64,000 bases of DNA from Polyangiales bacterium (GTDB lineage: Bacteria; Myxococcota_A; Polyangia; Polyangiales; Polyangiaceae): assembly GCA_038231275.1 (NCBI GenBank), contig JBBRLQ010000007.1:224001-288000 (forward strand). Reading direction: 5' to 3'. Shown in pieces: positions 62,402 to 64,000 of the stretch (position 1 is its first letter; every line of letters starts with the position of its first letter). A program made the translations under genes and the position numbers. A model generated the notes under the pieces. It had not been told where the DNA came from. It saw nothing but the letters and a program-made list of their open reading frames with translations, and ran no database searches.

Positions 62402-62467
62402 GCCACGACCCCGTCGCATCGCGGCATCGTTGCGCTGGCCTAAAGGTTCGTCGCGGCGCGCCGTTTC

Positions 62468-62728
62468 ATGCAGAAGCGCCCCATGAGCCTCGTCAGCCAC
62501 ACATGCGTCGACTGCGGTCAGCGCTCCGCGCCCTCGGACTCCAGCTATTCGCTGATTGGCGCAGGGGGATGGCGCCTCGTGCGGGCGGCGGGCGTCAACG
62601 GGACGCGGGTCTGCAACTGGCGATGTCCGGAGTGCTGGATGACTCACAAGCAGCAAACGGGCGCCAAGACTCTGATCAACGTGCCGGTGGCGGAGGTTGC
62701 GCCACGAACGCGCGCGGGAGGTCGCTGA
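62468..62728 (+). CDS. Small zinc-ribbon-like protein
   Basis: CVDC ... GWRL ... WRCPECW. Confidence 0.65.
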   Translation: MQKRPMSLVSHTCVDCGQRSAPSDSSYSLIGAGGWRLVRAAGVNGTRVCNWRCPECWMTHKQQTGAKTLINVPVAEVAPRTRAGGR

Positions 62729-62759
62729 GGCCTCCGTGGCCAGCAATTCAGCCCATGCC

Positions 62760-64000
62760 TCACGGACTCCCGAGGCGCTCGAGCAGCGCGGGCACGTCGA
62801 CGTCCTCGGGCACGTCGGGGCCCCAATCGAACGGCGTCGGCGAGCCGGGCGGCGGGCGATCGATCGCGTTGCGCAGGCGTCGCTCGTCGTCGAAGCGCTG
62901 AACGTGGGCCGGGTCGCGCGCGCTGCACGTCGCGAGCTCCTGCGCTTGCCGTGAGGTGGCTCCCCAGCGCATCTCCGCGCAGTGGTACGGATCGAAGGAG
63001 AGATCGAAGATGCGCGCTTGCACGTCGGCGAGGCCGAGCCGGACGGCGCTCCCCGTCGAGCTCGTGTAGGTGACCTCGCAGCTCGCTTGGTGCGCGCGCC
63101 ACGCGTCCTGGTACGCCGACACCAGGCTCTTCGCGGTGCCGCTCCACGCGATCTGCGCGTCGCCGTTCGTCACCGCCGCGACCGTCGTCGTCACGTGAGC
63201 GAAGAGGCCACGGAAGCTCGCGCGGAGCCGCCCGTCCCGACCCGGCGACGAGAACGCCTCCCAATCGCCGTCCGCGGAGTACACGTTGGGCGGGACGTCG
63301 CCGATCGGTCCCGTCGCGAGATGAACGCCGGCGTCCACCGCCGCGACGCGATCGCCGAGATCGACGCAGAGCTGGTCGAGCAGCTGCCCGAACTGTGCGT
63401 CGGGCCCGAGGACGCGTCCGCCCGACAGCTGCGCGCGGACCCAGTCGTAGTACCCGTGCCCGTGGCCGTACTGCGAGTCGCCGAAGTCGGTCAGCTGCGC
63501 GTTCGGCGTGTACGTGAGGGCGGTCGCCGCGCTGTCGATGGGGCGAAAATTCCGGAAGCCGCCCCCCTGGCTTCGTCCACCGAGCGCGAGCTTGTCGCTG
63601 AAGATCGTGTGCGTGAGCGAGTTGTCGGGGTGACCGTCCATCATGTAGACGCTGCCGTTCGCGTCGACGCGGTAAACGACGAGGACGTGCCCGTTGGGAT
63701 CGTAGAAGAGCGTGCCGGGGTGCACCGTTCCAGGGCGCACGTCCACGGGGTACGTGTCGGTGTCCTCGACGTCGGGCGCGGTGCGGAAGAAGCCGGAGTG
63801 GACGACGTTCGAGACGCGGGTGAGGAGGGATTGGAGCGACGGTGCGGTCTTCGCGGTGCTCCACGCCGTCGGGTGGTTGTTCGCGGTGTAGCGGTAGTCG
63901 GGCGGCGCGCCGGGATCGTGGCCGGCGGGGAGGTCGCCGACGACCTCGCTGACGTAGCGGAACGGCCGGTTCGTCTTCATCGCGAAGTACGCGCGCAGCT
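62760..64000 (-). CDS. Hypothetical protein, 5' end outside the window
   Basis: Open frame running to the window edge; PGTLFYDPNGHVLVV..DGHPD segment. Confidence 0.75.
   Translation of the reverse strand, partial: LRAYFAMKTNRPFRYVSEVVGDLPAGHDPGAPPDYRYTANNHPTAWSTAKTAPSLQSLLTRVSNVVHSGFFRTAPDVEDTDTYPVDVRPGTVHPGTLFYDPNGHVLVVYRVDANGSVYMMDGHPDNSLTHTIFSDKLALGGRSQGGGFRNFRPIDSAATALTYTPNAQLTDFGDSQYGHGHGYYDWVRAQLSGGRVLGPDAQFGQLLDQLCVDLGDRVAAVDAGVHLATGPIGDVPPNVYSADGDWEAFSSPGRDGRLRASFRGLFAHVTTTVAAVTNGDAQIAWSGTAKSLVSAYQDAWRAHQASCEVTYTSSTGSAVRLGLADVQARIFDLSFDPYHCAEMRWGATSRQAQELATCSARDPAHVQRFDDERRLRNAIDRPPPGSPTPFDWGPDVPEDVDVPALLERLGSP

Overview
High-GC (about 70% by eye), gene-dense chromosomal window. It most likely comes from a myxobacterium (Polyangiaceae/Labilithrix-like); this is an inference from Pro-rich Hanks kinases, TPR/PEGA proteins and Cys- or Asp-rich lipoproteins. 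About 60 CDSs are supportable. Housekeeping genes are trmFO, plsB, thrC, proA, rsfS, tatBC, an rlmN-like gene, ccmC/ccmD, lhr-nei, fmt and serC-serA. No rRNA, tRNA, CRISPR array, transposase or integrase was seen. The most notable observations are: (1) two inverted copies of a ~135-nt element in the 31.2-31.6 kb intergenic gap, each with perfect 32-34 bp arms that have diverged between copies yet stayed perfectly paired, around a 69-nt core that is 63/69 identical; (2) a recurring envelope module, in which a TPR(-PEGA) protein with a hydrophobic hairpin and C-terminal Phe is coupled to 'GCE' lipoproteins or a Ser/Thr kinase, present three times; (3) ethylmalonyl-CoA-pathway-like genes (mcd, mch, epimerase) separated by a ferritin-like diiron protein/two-glycosyltransferase operon; (4) an Hsp70 with a ~460-aa Pro/Gln-rich insertion at the interdomain linker, coupled to a J-protein and ccmCD; (5) a kinase carrying an adenylate-cyclase-like membrane anchor. 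All family calls come from motifs recognised by eye; no database searches were run.
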